Source of the DNA: an uncultured beta proteobacterium
Lineage (GTDB): Bacteria > Pseudomonadota > Gammaproteobacteria > Burkholderiales > SG8-41
Length of the DNA stretch: 64,000 nt
Direction of reading: 5' to 3'
Assembly: GCA_903893565.1 (NCBI GenBank)
Contig: CAITMU010000068.1
Location: forward strand, 58,066-122,065
The position numbers and the translations under genes are program-made. Under the pieces are notes generated by a model. The model searched no databases, had not been told where the DNA came from, and saw nothing but the letters and a program-made list of their open reading frames with translations. How positions within the stretch are numbered: position 1 is the stretch's first letter; every line of letters begins with the position of its first letter. Of this stretch, positions 48,997 through 60,251 are shown in pieces.

Positions 48997-49620
48997 GTGA
49001 ATGTGTTGAGATTTGTGTTCAAAGTAATCGGGTTGTCGTTACTACTTTTTTCCACCGTGCACGCAAATATCGTTGCGCCCGATGTCATGATCAAGTCAGT
49101 GACCGATGAGGTGATTGCAGCGATTCGGGCTGACAAAGATATTCAATCAGGCCATAAGAAAAAATTGCTAGAACTCATTGAAAAGAAAGTGTTCCCACAC
49201 TTTAACTTTAACCGCATGACCCAATTGGCAATGGGACGTAATTGGCGTGCTGCGAGCGATGAACAAAAAAAGCAATTAGTTGAGGAGTTTCGTACTTTAT
49301 TGGTGCGAACCTATACATCCGCCTTTACACAATATAAAAATGAAGTCATTGATTACAAACCAACCCATATTGCCGAGGCTGACTCCGATGCATTGGTGTT
49401 GTCTACCGTTAAAAAAAGTAGTGGTCAAGCTATTGCCGTTAACTATAATATGGAAAAAACAGACCAAGGCTGGAAAATTTACAATCTAAAGATTGAGGGG
49501 GTCAGCCTAGTGGAGAATTATCGCAATACCTTTAATACCGAAATTCAAAAAAGTGGTATCGATGGGTTGATTAAAGTATTGACGGATAAAAATAAAAGTT
49601 TAGCCGAAAACGTGAAATGA
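48997..49620 (+). CDS. mlaC: Periplasmic phospholipid-binding protein MlaC (Ttg2D family)
   Basis: Signal peptide and the FNFNRMTQLAMGRNWR motif. The start is ambiguous (GTG 48997, GTG 49003 or TTG 49006). Confidence 0.8.
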   Translation: MNVLRFVFKVIGLSLLLFSTVHANIVAPDVMIKSVTDEVIAAIRADKDIQSGHKKKLLELIEKKVFPHFNFNRMTQLAMGRNWRAASDEQKKQLVEEFRTLLVRTYTSAFTQYKNEVIDYKPTHIAEADSDALVLSTVKKSSGQAIAVNYNMEKTDQGWKIYNLKIEGVSLVENYRNTFNTEIQKSGIDGLIKVLTDKNKSLAENVK

Positions 49621-49892
49621 TCACGGTATCGGACAATAAAGCTAGCCTTGTAGGGTCTGTGACTTTACAAAACATTAACGCGTTGCTTGCCCAAGGACGT
49701 GCAGCTTTTAGCGCTCCTTTTTTGAGTGTAGATTTGGCACAAGTGACCGAAGTGGATTCAACCGCAGTGAGTTTATTGCTCGAATGGCGGCGTGATGCGC
49801 AGCGTCAAAATCGCGTTATTACATTTGTGAATTATCCAGAAAACCTTCAAAGCTTGATGAAGCTTTATGGGGTGAGTGAGTTACTGGTGTAA
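49617..49892 (+). CDS. mlaB: STAS-domain protein, MlaB-like
   Basis: 91 aa with an anti-sigma-antagonist-like STAS pattern (VDSTAVSLLLEW), as the last gene of the mla cluster. Confidence 0.6.
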   Translation: MITVSDNKASLVGSVTLQNINALLAQGRAAFSAPFLSVDLAQVTEVDSTAVSLLLEWRRDAQRQNRVITFVNYPENLQSLMKLYGVSELLV

Positions 49893-50041
49893 TGTTCGTT
49901 GTTCCTTTCATTGCGGGGCCTAAAGTGTCGCCTAAGCAACACCCTCAATGTAAAAGAATGGATTATTTATAAAAATATTTTCTGGTTTTCTGAATAAGAA
50001 TACCTGACCCATTTAGATTTTCACTCTATTTTTCTGTATTT

Positions 50042-50953
50042 ATGCCCCCAGCCATTCAAGTTGAGCAAGTCACAAAACAATACCGGGAGTTGCGTGCGTT
50101 GGATGGTATTGATTTGGAGGTTCAGCAGGGTGAGTTTTTTGGACTTTTAGGACCGAATGGTGCAGGTAAAACCACCTTGATTAGCATCATCGCTGGCTTG
50201 GCTCAGGCCAGTTCCGGGCGGGCGAGAGTCATGGGCTACGATGTGCGTACTGATTATCGCCAGGCCCGCCGCGCCTTAGGGGTAGTGCCGCAGGAATTGG
50301 TCATGGATCCTTTTTTTACTGTTAGAGAGACGCTGCAATTTCAATCGGGCTATTTTGGCATTAAAAACAATAGTGATTGGATTGATGAGGTCATTGAGCA
50401 GCTGGATTTGACTGATAAAGCTAACACCAACATGCGTAAGTTATCGGGTGGAATGAAGCGGCGTGTGTTGGTAGCGCAAGCTTTAGTACATAAGCCCCCG
50501 GTTATTATTCTAGACGAACCAACCGCCGGTGTTGATGTGGAATTGCGGCAAGGGTTATGGCGATTTATCCGTCGTTTAAATGCAGATGGGCATACCATTA
50601 TTCTGACTACCCATTATTTGGAGGAAGCCCAAGCGTTGTGTGGGCGAATCGCCATGCTAAAGCAAGGCCGTGTGGTGGCCTTAGATGAGACCAAACGATT
50701 ACTGCAGAAGTATTCGGGTTGCACGGTGGATTTGCGTTTAAACCGCGAACCTTTGCCGCTGGCATTGCAGTCGCTCGTAGTGCGAAGTAACGAGGGTTTA
50801 TATCGATTGAATTTGAAGCACTATATGCAATTGGAGCAGATTTTGGCTCAAATCCGTTTGGCCGGTATGCAAGTTCTGGAGATGGAAGTCATGCAACCTG
50901 ATTTGGAAGCCGTATTTGTTCACATCATGCAAGGCACTCCCGATGTGGAATAG
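50042..50953 (+). CDS. ABC transporter ATP-binding protein (ABC-2 exporter type)
   Basis: Walker [10 protein letters not shown], signature LSGGMKRRVLVAQAL, Walker B IILDEPTAGVD. Confidence 0.85.
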   Translation: MPPAIQVEQVTKQYRELRALDGIDLEVQQGEFFGLLGPNGAGKTTLISIIAGLAQASSGRARVMGYDVRTDYRQARRALGVVPQELVMDPFFTVRETLQFQSGYFGIKNNSDWIDEVIEQLDLTDKANTNMRKLSGGMKRRVLVAQALVHKPPVIILDEPTAGVDVELRQGLWRFIRRLNADGHTIILTTHYLEEAQALCGRIAMLKQGRVVALDETKRLLQKYSGCTVDLRLNREPLPLALQSLVVRSNEGLYRLNLKHYMQLEQILAQIRLAGMQVLEMEVMQPDLEAVFVHIMQGTPDVE

Positions 50954-51707
50954 AACCGGATTTTATACCTTGTTTTTAAAAGAGTGGATACGCTTTTGGA
51001 AAGTGGCGGTTCAGACCGTGCTCGCACCGGTGTTAACAGCGATGTTGTATTTATTGGTATTTGCCCACTCCTTGAGTTCCCAGGTGGAAGTATTTCCAGG
51101 CGTGGCCTACGTAAGCTTTTTGATCCCAGGCTTGGCGATGATGTCGGTATTACAAAATGCTTTTGCTAATAGTTCTTCTAGTCTTATGCAATCGAAAATG
51201 CAGGGCAATATTGTGTTTGTACTATTGCCGCCTTTATCGCATCTAGAATTTTTCGCAGCCTATCTGCTGGCTGCGATGGGACGGGGTTTGACGGTCGGGT
51301 TGGGCATGTTCTTGATTACGCTGTGTTTTGTGCCAATGCCACTGTCGCACCCTGTGTGGGCGATTGTATTTGCGGTGGGAGGTAGTGGGGTGATGGGTGC
51401 TTTGGGTGTGGTGGCAGGGATACAATCGGAAAAAGTGGATGAATTGTCAGTTTTTACGAATTTTATTATTTTGCCTTTGACTTTTTTAGCCGGTGTTTTT
51501 TATTCTATCCATTCATTGCCCCCGTTTTGGCAAAAAATATCTTATCTGAATCCCATTTTTTATATGATTGACGGCTTTCGATATGGTTTTTTTGGTGTAG
51601 GCGATGTTTCACCGTGGTTGAGTTTGGGGATAGTGAGTGTAGTGTTTGTAGCCATTTCCTTGTTTGCGTTATGGCTGATTAAATCAGGTTATAAATTGAG
51701 ATATTAA
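50943..51707 (+). CDS. ABC-2 type transporter permease
   Basis: ATG at 50943 overlaps the ATPase gene end. Six hydrophobic helices typical of the ABC-2 family. Confidence 0.8.
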   Translation: MWNRTGFYTLFLKEWIRFWKVAVQTVLAPVLTAMLYLLVFAHSLSSQVEVFPGVAYVSFLIPGLAMMSVLQNAFANSSSSLMQSKMQGNIVFVLLPPLSHLEFFAAYLLAAMGRGLTVGLGMFLITLCFVPMPLSHPVWAIVFAVGGSGVMGALGVVAGIQSEKVDELSVFTNFIILPLTFLAGVFYSIHSLPPFWQKISYLNPIFYMIDGFRYGFFGVGDVSPWLSLGIVSVVFVAISLFALWLIKSGYKLRY

Positions 51708-51710
51708 TAA

Positions 51711-51953
51711 ATGACGACTCCAGAACAATTAAAAGGCTATATTCAGGCGGGGATGGAATGTGAATATTGCGAAGTCAGTGGTGATGGCCAGCACTTTGAG
51801 GCGATCATTGTGAGCGCCCTTTTTAGAGGTAAGAGGAAGGTGCAGCAGCATCAAGTCGTATACGCTGCCTTAGGTGAGCGCATGCGCTCTGAGATTCATG
51901 CCTTGTCGATGCAAACCTTGACCCCAGAGGACTGGGCCAATAGGTCAGAATAA
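51711..51953 (+). CDS. BolA family protein (IbaG/YrbA-like)
   Basis: 80 aa with a BolA-like pattern (GDGQHFEAIIVS..F.G...V.QHQ.VY.AL), immediately upstream of murA as for ibaG. Confidence 0.75.
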   Translation: MTTPEQLKGYIQAGMECEYCEVSGDGQHFEAIIVSALFRGKRKVQQHQVVYAALGERMRSEIHALSMQTLTPEDWANRSE

Positions 51954-53207
<1,254 letters not shown>

Positions 53208-53230
53208 CCGCATTTTAAAAGGAGAAGATC

Positions 53231-53755
53231 ATGACTTTGGTTTACGATCCTACCGCCCCAGCCCCGGGCGCGACCCAAAATTTATACCATCGGGTCGGTA
53301 ATTTGAGTGGTAAGGTGGTTGGTTTTATTGATAATTCAAAGCCCAATTTTAATTTCCTGGTCGATGAGGTGGCGGAATTATTGATGAACGAGCATGGCGT
53401 TAAAGCCGTGATTAAGCGAGCCAAGCGCGGTGCTTCAATGCCTGCCACCCAACAAGTCCTTGATGAGTTGGCAGCGCAGTGCGATTTGGTGGTCACTGGC
53501 TCTGGCGATTGAGGTTCTTGCACGTCGTGGAGTGTCCACGACAGTGTTGAGATGGCCAAAAAAGGGTTGGCTTCCGTGGTCGTTGTTTCTAATGCGTTTG
53601 TGGGTTTGGGTAAGGCACAGGCCCGTTCATTAGGCCATCCCACATTGCCTCTGGCTGTGATTGCGCATCCCTTCGGTAGTCGTAAACGTGAGGAGTTGAA
53701 AACAGTGGCTAGTCAGTGTGTGAGTCAAATTATTACCTTGGTGGGTTTACCATGA
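53231..53755 (+). CDS. UGSC-motif family candidate selenoprotein; in-frame TGA at 53510-53512 read as selenocysteine
   Basis: Strong RBS (AAGGAG, 6-nt spacer). ORFs 53231-53512 and 53552-53755 share a frame with no stop between them. The sequence reads GSGD-U-GSCTSWSVHD. A SECIS-like hairpin starts 11 nt after the TGA. It is a paralogue of 7675-8238, with the TGA at the same aligned position. Confidence 0.85.
53524..53542 (+). promoter_or_regulatory. SECIS-like hairpin for the TGA at 53510
   Basis: gtcgtgga-gtg-tccacgac has an 8-bp stem, GU in the apical loop and an 11-nt spacer from the TGA. A possible lower stem CAC/GUG with a bulged A extends it. Confidence 0.7.
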
Positions 53756-54807
53756 GCGCTTTGCCGTTGAACGCAGCCAGTCTTGTCGAGGCACCCGAGG
53801 ACCTAGATGAGTTGATTGAGTTTTTTCATCTACGTCGATGGAGCGATGGCCTGCCAATTGTCCCCCCCACCCGCGAGCGCGTTCAGCGGATGCTCACGGG
53901 TAGTCGACGTCAAGCACATGAGGTGGTGGCGCGCGTTGCGCCGGGTTTTGGTGAGGCCACGGTTGAGCGCATCGCGATTAACGCGGTCATGGCCGGCTGT
54001 CGGGTGGATCATTTGCCAGTATTGATAGCGGCCACTGAGGCTATCAGTGACAAATCGTTTAATTTGCAGGGCATTCAGGCCACTACTAATCCGGTTGCCG
54101 TATGGTTGATTATCAATGGACCTTTGGCTTTGCAATTGGAGGTGAATTCGGGGATGAATTGCTTAGGCCAAGGCAGTGTTGCTAATGCCACTTTAGGTCG
54201 AGCACTGCGTCTTATTATGCAAAATATCGGAGGCGCTTTGCCTGGGGACATGGATCGTGCAACGCAGGGTCAACCGGGCAAATTTTCATTTTGCTGTGCG
54301 GAAAATGAAGCGCAAAGTCCTTGGTTACCGCTACAGGTGGATCGGGGTTTTGCACCCACCCAAAGTACGGTGACCGTGGTAGGGGCAGCTGGCACGCACA
54401 ATATGAATAGCCATGCGAAGGATGCCGATGATTTGATTCGGGTAGTGGCCGATACCATGGCTTTTCCTACCAGCAATGATTACTGGATCAGCGGTGAGCC
54501 CTGGATTGTGATAGGTCCTGAGCACGCGCAAATTTTGCATGCCGCTGGGTTGACCAAGGCAGAGGTTAAGCAACGGCTCTGGCAAGCCTCGGGATTATCA
54601 GCCAAACGGATGGCTAAAGTAGAGTTTCAGCGCACCCATACGGCTCGTTGCGAGGAACTCGGAGCGATTGATCTGGATAGCTCATTGCCGATATCGAGCC
54701 ATGCGGATGGAGTGGGCATTGTGGTGGCAGGGGGGCCTGGAACACATTCGGTCTATGTCCCTAGTTTTGGCGATACACGGGCCGTAACCCGCCTAATAGA
54801 ATCTTGA
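53752..54807 (+). CDS. Conserved-looking protein of unknown function, translationally coupled to the UGSC candidate selenoprotein
   Basis: ATG at 53752 overlaps the upstream TGA (ATGA). 351 aa, no signal peptide or TM helix. Motifs WSDGLPIVPPT, NAVMAGC, IQATTNP, GMNCLGQG, FCCAENE and AGGPGTHS. I cannot assign a family from memory. Confidence 0.6.
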   Translation: MSALPLNAASLVEAPEDLDELIEFFHLRRWSDGLPIVPPTRERVQRMLTGSRRQAHEVVARVAPGFGEATVERIAINAVMAGCRVDHLPVLIAATEAISDKSFNLQGIQATTNPVAVWLIINGPLALQLEVNSGMNCLGQGSVANATLGRALRLIMQNIGGALPGDMDRATQGQPGKFSFCCAENEAQSPWLPLQVDRGFAPTQSTVTVVGAAGTHNMNSHAKDADDLIRVVADTMAFPTSNDYWISGEPWIVIGPEHAQILHAAGLTKAEVKQRLWQASGLSAKRMAKVEFQRTHTARCEELGAIDLDSSLPISSHADGVGIVVAGGPGTHSVYVPSFGDTRAVTRLIES

Positions 54808-55001
54808 TATTGGATAGAATGGAGTCAATTAAACGCCAAGGGAAATGCTCTTTTTGTATTCCGTAGGAGCGAGGGGATAACAAGGTGTTCTATAACCTTT
54901 GGCGATTCTACCCCTTGCTTTTTCCCGGTTACCGATTTTTACTGCGTCAAACGGTGCTCGTACGGTAAAATCTTGTTTTATTTCATGTAGATCTTGTCAT
55001 C

Positions 55002-55637
55002 GTGATTACGATAGCCCTTTCCAAGGGAAGAATCTTTAACGAAACTATGCCCTTGCTGCAAGCGGCAGGCATACGTGCATTGGAAGACCCCGAACAGTCA
55101 CGAAAGCTGATTATTTCCACTAATCAGCCACAGGTTCAACTGATCATAGTAAGAGCGAGCGATGTTCCCACTTATGTTAAGTATGGGGCAGCCGATTTGG
55201 GTGTGGCGGGCAAGGATGTTTTGGACGAGCAGGGGGGGCAGGGACTTTATCAGCCACTTGATTTGGGTATTGCTCGTTGTCGAATGATGGTGGCTGTGCG
55301 AGAAGGTTTTGATTATGCGAAAGCCGTCCAACAAGGTGCACGTCTACGAGTCGCCACGAAATACGTTCAAACGGCTCGCCAGCACTTTGCCGCTAAAGGT
55401 GTGCATGTCGATTTGATTAAGTTATATGGCTCTATGGAATTGGCGCCCTTGGTGGGCTTGGCCGATGCCATTGTTGATCTAGTGAGTACCGGGGGGACCT
55501 TAAAGGCCAATCATTTGGTGGCTGTTGAAGAGGTCGCACAGATTAGCTCGCGTCTGGTAGTGAATCCGGCGGCTTTGAAATTAAAGCGCGCTTTCATGCA
55601 ACCGATGATTGACGCTTTTACCAAGGCTTTGGACTGA
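55002..55637 (+). CDS. hisG: ATP phosphoribosyltransferase, short form
   Basis: GTG start, [10 protein letters not shown]...; [11 protein letters not shown] motif. The 211-aa length indicates the HisZ-dependent short form. Confidence 0.88.
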   Translation: MITIALSKGRIFNETMPLLQAAGIRALEDPEQSRKLIISTNQPQVQLIIVRASDVPTYVKYGAADLGVAGKDVLDEQGGQGLYQPLDLGIARCRMMVAVREGFDYAKAVQQGARLRVATKYVQTARQHFAAKGVHVDLIKLYGSMELAPLVGLADAIVDLVSTGGTLKANHLVAVEEVAQISSRLVVNPAALKLKRAFMQPMIDAFTKALD

Positions 55638-55641
55638 TTTC

Positions 55642-56934
55642 ATGCGTAGGCTTTCGACGATTGAGTCTGGTTTTGATCTGGCTTTGTCAGATTTATTGGC
55701 CTTTGAAACGGCACAGGATCCCCAAATTGATCTGCAGGTAGCTACGATTCTTCAGCAAGTAAAGTCTCGTGGGGATGAGGCTGTTTTGGAATATACCCAA
55801 CAGTTTGATCGCGTAAAGGCATCCGTGCTAAGCGAACTGGAGGTCCCTTCTAGCCAGTTAGAACAAGCGTTTAAAACCATTACGCCTGCGCAGCGCGATG
55901 CCTTAGTGGTAGCGGCGGCTCGAGTCAAAGACTTTCATCAAAGACAGTTGATTGAGACTACCTTTCATACCGAGGTCGATGGCACTCGATTAGGTCAGCA
56001 AATCACTGCGCTTGATCGAGTCGGGGTTTATGTTCCTGGGGGCAAGGCTGCCTATCCTTCTACCGTAATCATGAATACCATTCCCGCCAAGGTGGCTGGG
56101 GTGAAAGAGGTGATGATGGTTGTGCCTACACCGGATGGCATTCGCAATGATTTGGTGCTTGCAGCGGCGTGGATTGCTGGGGTGGACCGGGTAGTGACGA
56201 TCGGCGGCGCTCAAGCGATCGGCGCTTTAGCCTATGGCACCCAGAGTATCGCGCAGGTGGATAAAATTGTGGGCCCTGGTAACGCCTACGTGGCGGCGGC
56301 TAAACGGCGAGTGTTTGGGGTCGTAGGCATTGATATGGTAGCAGGACCCTCAGAAATTTTAGTGGTGTGTGATGGCCATACCCCAGCGGATTGGATTGCA
56401 ATGGATCTTTTCTCGCAGGCAGAACACGATGAAATGGCGCAGGCCATCTTGTTAACCCCTGATGCCGATTTTATTCAAAAGGTGGTCAACAGCATTGAGC
56501 GATTGTTACCCACGATGCCTCGGCAGGCTATTATCCGCGCCTCTTTAGAGGGACGTGGGGCACTCATAAAAGTGCGAGATTTGGATGAGGCTTGCCAAAT
56601 TGTGAACCGGATTGCTCCCGAGCACTTGGAATTATCAGTAGACAACGCCCGTGAGTGGTTGCCTAAAATTCGTCATGCGGGTGCTATATTTTTAGGTCGT
56701 TTTTCTTCTGAGGCTTTGGGGGACTATTGTGCTGGACCGAATCATGTCTTGCCAACGTCCCGAACGGCACGTTTTTCTTCGCCATTGGGTGTATATGATT
56801 TTCAGAAACGATCGAGTCTCATAGAAGTGTCTGAAGCGGGTGCGCGCACTTTGGGTCAAGTGGCTCAAGAGCTTGCCCTGGGTGAGGGATTGGCAGCGCA
56901 TGCTCGTTCGGCTGAATATAGGATGGGCTCATGA
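55642..56934 (+). CDS. hisD: Histidinol dehydrogenase
   Basis: ATG at 55642. [24 protein letters not shown] and QAEHDE motifs. Confidence 0.9.
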   Translation: MRRLSTIESGFDLALSDLLAFETAQDPQIDLQVATILQQVKSRGDEAVLEYTQQFDRVKASVLSELEVPSSQLEQAFKTITPAQRDALVVAAARVKDFHQRQLIETTFHTEVDGTRLGQQITALDRVGVYVPGGKAAYPSTVIMNTIPAKVAGVKEVMMVVPTPDGIRNDLVLAAAWIAGVDRVVTIGGAQAIGALAYGTQSIAQVDKIVGPGNAYVAAAKRRVFGVVGIDMVAGPSEILVVCDGHTPADWIAMDLFSQAEHDEMAQAILLTPDADFIQKVVNSIERLLPTMPRQAIIRASLEGRGALIKVRDLDEACQIVNRIAPEHLELSVDNAREWLPKIRHAGAIFLGRFSSEALGDYCAGPNHVLPTSRTARFSSPLGVYDFQKRSSLIEVSEAGARTLGQVAQELALGEGLAAHARSAEYRMGS

Positions 56935-57998
56935 GTCAGTATTGGAGTGCTGTGGTCAAGGGGCTCACCCCCTATGTGCCCGGTGAACAACCCAAATTAC
57001 CCAATTTGATAAAACTAAATACCAATGAAAGTCCCTACCCGCCTAGCCCTGACGTTGTCACGGCTTTGCGTGCACAGTTGGCAGACGGTCTACGGCTATA
57101 CCCCGATCCAGGAAGTGACCAATTAGTGGCTACGATTGCTCGTCGTTATGGACTTTGTGCAAATCAGGTCTTTGTGGGCAATGGTTCCGATGAAGTGTTG
57201 GCTCATGTTTTTTTAGCGCTATTAAAGCAAAACAAGCCCATCTTATTTCCTGATATTACCTATAGTTTTTATCCGGTCTACTGTAAGCTCTACGGCATTG
57301 ATTTTGAGAGAATTGCACTTAACGAGCAATTTGAAATCCAAGTCAGTGATTATCTAAAGCCCAACGGCGGTATTATTTTTGCAAACCCGAATGCCCCGAC
57401 AGGGGTCTTGCTGGGTTTATCAGAAATACAGTCTTTATTAGAAAAAAATACCCAATCGGTAGTGGTAGTTGATGAAGCTTATGTTGATTTTGGTGGCGTG
57501 TCTTGTGTGTCGTTGATTGAGCGGTTTCCGCAGTTATTAGTCGTTCATACCCTTTCTAAGTCCCGCGCATTGGCAGGTTTGAGAGTCGGTTATGCCATGG
57601 GGCAACCTGCCTTGATTGAGGGGCTTAATCGGGTCAAGGATAGTTTTAATTCTTACCCACTGGATCGCTTGGCTCAGGCTGGGGCAACAGCGGCGATAGC
57701 AGATGAAAAGTATTTCTCCGATCTGTGTGCTCGGGTGATCCGTAGTCGCGAGAGCTTGGTTGCCCAAATGAGGGCATTGGGCTTTGAAGTTTTGCCCTCA
57801 GCGGCCAATTTTATTTTTGCATGTTTTAAGGGTATGGCAGGTGCTGATTTGGCTAAAAATTTACGTAACCGCAGCATCATTGTTCGTCATTTTAGTCATC
57901 CGGAGCGAATTTCCCCTTTTATTCGTATTACCGTAGGCACGGAGGAGCAATGCGCTGGATTGATCGAGGCTTTAAAGCAAATAACGCTGGGGCAATAG
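56931..57998 (+). CDS. hisC: Histidinol-phosphate aminotransferase
   Basis: [19 protein letters not shown] and the PLP-lysine motif [19 protein letters not shown] overlap with hisD. Confidence 0.88.
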   Translation: MSQYWSAVVKGLTPYVPGEQPKLPNLIKLNTNESPYPPSPDVVTALRAQLADGLRLYPDPGSDQLVATIARRYGLCANQVFVGNGSDEVLAHVFLALLKQNKPILFPDITYSFYPVYCKLYGIDFERIALNEQFEIQVSDYLKPNGGIIFANPNAPTGVLLGLSEIQSLLEKNTQSVVVVDEAYVDFGGVSCVSLIERFPQLLVVHTLSKSRALAGLRVGYAMGQPALIEGLNRVKDSFNSYPLDRLAQAGATAAIADEKYFSDLCARVIRSRESLVAQMRALGFEVLPSAANFIFACFKGMAGADLAKNLRNRSIIVRHFSHPERISPFIRITVGTEEQCAGLIEALKQITLGQ

Positions 57999-58116
57999 TC
58001 ATCAGGCTCGGTTTTTTGTTGCTAACCGTGGCAGAAATGTTAAACGGTGTGGGCAGGCGCTTTTAATATCGTTTATACTAAACTAAAACAATCCGTTATC
58101 CATAGAGTTCTTCAAC

Positions 58117-58704
58117 ATGTCTCGGCAGTCCCAAGTGGTGCGCCATACGAACGAAACCCAGATCAGTGTTTCATTAGATCTGGAGGGCAGTGGTCGTGCA
58201 AAGCTATCTACCGGGGTGGGTTTTCTTGATCACATGCTTGATCAAATAGCCCGTCACGGTCTGTTTGACCTTGAGGTTAATGCTCAGGGGGATTTACACA
58301 TTGATGCCCACCATACCGTCGAAGATATTGGTATTACTCTTGGCCAAGCGTTTCACAAAGCCATCGGCAACAAGTCCGGTATTCGTCGTTATGGCCATGC
58401 TTACATCCCCTTAGATGAGGCGCTATCCCGCGTTGTCGTGGATTTATCGGGTCGCCCTGGATTGGACATGAAGGTTGAGTTTGTGCGCTCCCTTATTGGC
58501 GAATTTGATGTGGATCTGATACACGAATTTTTTCAAGGCTTTGTCAATCATGCGTTGGTCACACTGCATATTGATAATCTGAAAGGCAATAACGCCCACC
58601 ATCAGGCAGAAACGATTTTTAAGGCCTTCGGCCGCGCTTTGCGTATGGCGGTAGAAGTTGACCCGCGTATGCCGGGTGTTCCTTCGACCAAAGGTAGCCT
58701 CTAA
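58117..58704 (+). CDS. hisB: Imidazoleglycerol-phosphate dehydratase
   Basis: [25 protein letters not shown] and NAHHQAE motifs. Monofunctional size. Confidence 0.9.
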   Translation: MSRQSQVVRHTNETQISVSLDLEGSGRAKLSTGVGFLDHMLDQIARHGLFDLEVNAQGDLHIDAHHTVEDIGITLGQAFHKAIGNKSGIRRYGHAYIPLDEALSRVVVDLSGRPGLDMKVEFVRSLIGEFDVDLIHEFFQGFVNHALVTLHIDNLKGNNAHHQAETIFKAFGRALRMAVEVDPRMPGVPSTKGSL

Positions 58705-58739
58705 GCGCTGACGTCCATGTTATCCAGTGGTTATTATTT

Positions 58740-59375
58740 ATGACTTCGATCGTCGTTATCGATTACGGTATGGGAAACTTGCGCTCGGTATCCAAAGCCA
58801 TTGAGTATGTGAGCAGTGCATCTAGGGTTCAAGTCACTGACGATCCGTCAGTGGTCCGAAGCGCCGATCGGGTCGTTTTTCCTGGGCAAGGCGCCATGCC
58901 CGATTGCATGCGTGAGTTAAGGGCCCGGGGACTTTACGAGGCGGTTGTGAATGCGGCTCGAGAAAAGCCTTTTTTGGGGATTTGTATTGGGTTGCAAATG
59001 CTTTTTGATCACAGCGAAGAGGGCAATACACCTGGGTTGGGAATTTTGCCGGGTCGTGTCAAGCGTTTTGCTAATGATTTAAAGGATGCCAAAGGACACA
59101 AGTTGAAGGTCCCGCACATGGGTTGGAATGCTGTCGAGCAACAAGGGCCTCATCCGCTTTGGAAGGGTATTGAAAATCACAGTCGATTTTATTTTGTGCA
59201 TAGTTTTTATGTCCAACCCGAACTGGCCTCTATGAGCGTTGGGTCGAGCCACTATCCTTTGCGCTTTTCGTGTGCTGTTGCGAAAGCCAATCTTTTTGCG
59301 GTGCAGTTTCATCCGGAAAAAAGTGCTGAGGCTGGATTGCAGCTCTTAGCTAATTTTGCAACATGGAATCCGTAG
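58740..59375 (+). CDS. hisH: Imidazole glycerol phosphate synthase, glutaminase subunit
   Basis: IDYGMGNLRSV, GICIGLQML, VPHMGWN and QFHPEKS motifs. Confidence 0.9.
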   Translation: MTSIVVIDYGMGNLRSVSKAIEYVSSASRVQVTDDPSVVRSADRVVFPGQGAMPDCMRELRARGLYEAVVNAAREKPFLGICIGLQMLFDHSEEGNTPGLGILPGRVKRFANDLKDAKGHKLKVPHMGWNAVEQQGPHPLWKGIENHSRFYFVHSFYVQPELASMSVGSSHYPLRFSCAVAKANLFAVQFHPEKSAEAGLQLLANFATWNP

Positions 59376-59438
59376 TCTATGAAAACCACATTTTATTTTT
59401 TCATCCATTAATCAACGTATAAAAAGACGTTAATCATT

Positions 59439-60188
59439 ATGCTTATTATTCCAGCCATTGACTTAAAAGATGGAACCTGTGTTCGTTTAAAGCAGGGAGA
59501 TATGTCGAGCGCGACAGTGTTTTCTGATGACCCTGCGGCCATGGCGAAGCATTGGCTTGACCTTGGTGCAAGGCGTTTACACTTGGTCGACTTGAACGGA
59601 GCTTCAGCGGGTAAGCCAAAAAATGGTGCAGCCATACGAAGTATTGTTCAGGCTGTGGGCGATAAGCTGCCCATTCAGTTAGGCGGCGGGATTCGTGATT
59701 TAGACACCATAGAGCATTATCTCGATTCGGGTATTCGGTATGTGATTATTGGTACGGCAGCGGTTAAAACCCCCGGTTTTTTGCAGGATGCTTGTACGGC
59801 TTTTGCAGGCCATGTTATGGTGGGATTGGATGCGAAGGATGGAAAGGTAGCCGTGGATGGTTGGTCAAAAATGACCGGCCATGACGTTGTGGACTTAGCA
59901 AAAAAATTTGAGGATTATGGCGCTGAAGCGGTTATCTACACTGATATTGGCCGTGACGGCATGCTCAGCGGGGTGAACATCGAGGCGACCGTACGGTTAG
60001 CGCAGTCGTTGACTGTGCCGGTAATTGCGAGTGGCGGATTGACGAACCTAGATGATGTAAGAGCCTTATGTGCGGTTGAATCTGACGGAATCACGGGCGC
60101 CATAACGGGGCGCGCTGTCTATCAAGGCACGTTAGATTTTATTCAGGCGCAACAATTGGCCGATGAACTAGGACTGCCTCAAAAGTGA
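59439..60188 (+). CDS. hisA: ProFAR isomerase
   Basis: [27 protein letters not shown] and GGGIR motifs. Confidence 0.9.
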   Translation: MLIIPAIDLKDGTCVRLKQGDMSSATVFSDDPAAMAKHWLDLGARRLHLVDLNGASAGKPKNGAAIRSIVQAVGDKLPIQLGGGIRDLDTIEHYLDSGIRYVIIGTAAVKTPGFLQDACTAFAGHVMVGLDAKDGKVAVDGWSKMTGHDVVDLAKKFEDYGAEAVIYTDIGRDGMLSGVNIEATVRLAQSLTVPVIASGGLTNLDDVRALCAVESDGITGAITGRAVYQGTLDFIQAQQLADELGLPQK

Positions 60189-60251
60189 TCCGTATGGCTG
60201 TGCCTCAATTATGAAAACAAACCGACTCAGTGTTTTTCTGAACTTGCTATT

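Noticed and set aside
53242-53643. 133-aa ORF on the minus strand spanning the selenoprotein TGA region
   Set aside because: It is antisense to a gene with a strong RBS, a paralogue and conserved motifs. Its product is low-complexity and has no recognisable motif. It is a shadow ORF.
54808-55001. Possible histidine leader peptide or attenuator upstream of hisG
   Set aside because: No short ORF with a run of His codons and no obvious alternative terminator/antiterminator hairpins were seen.
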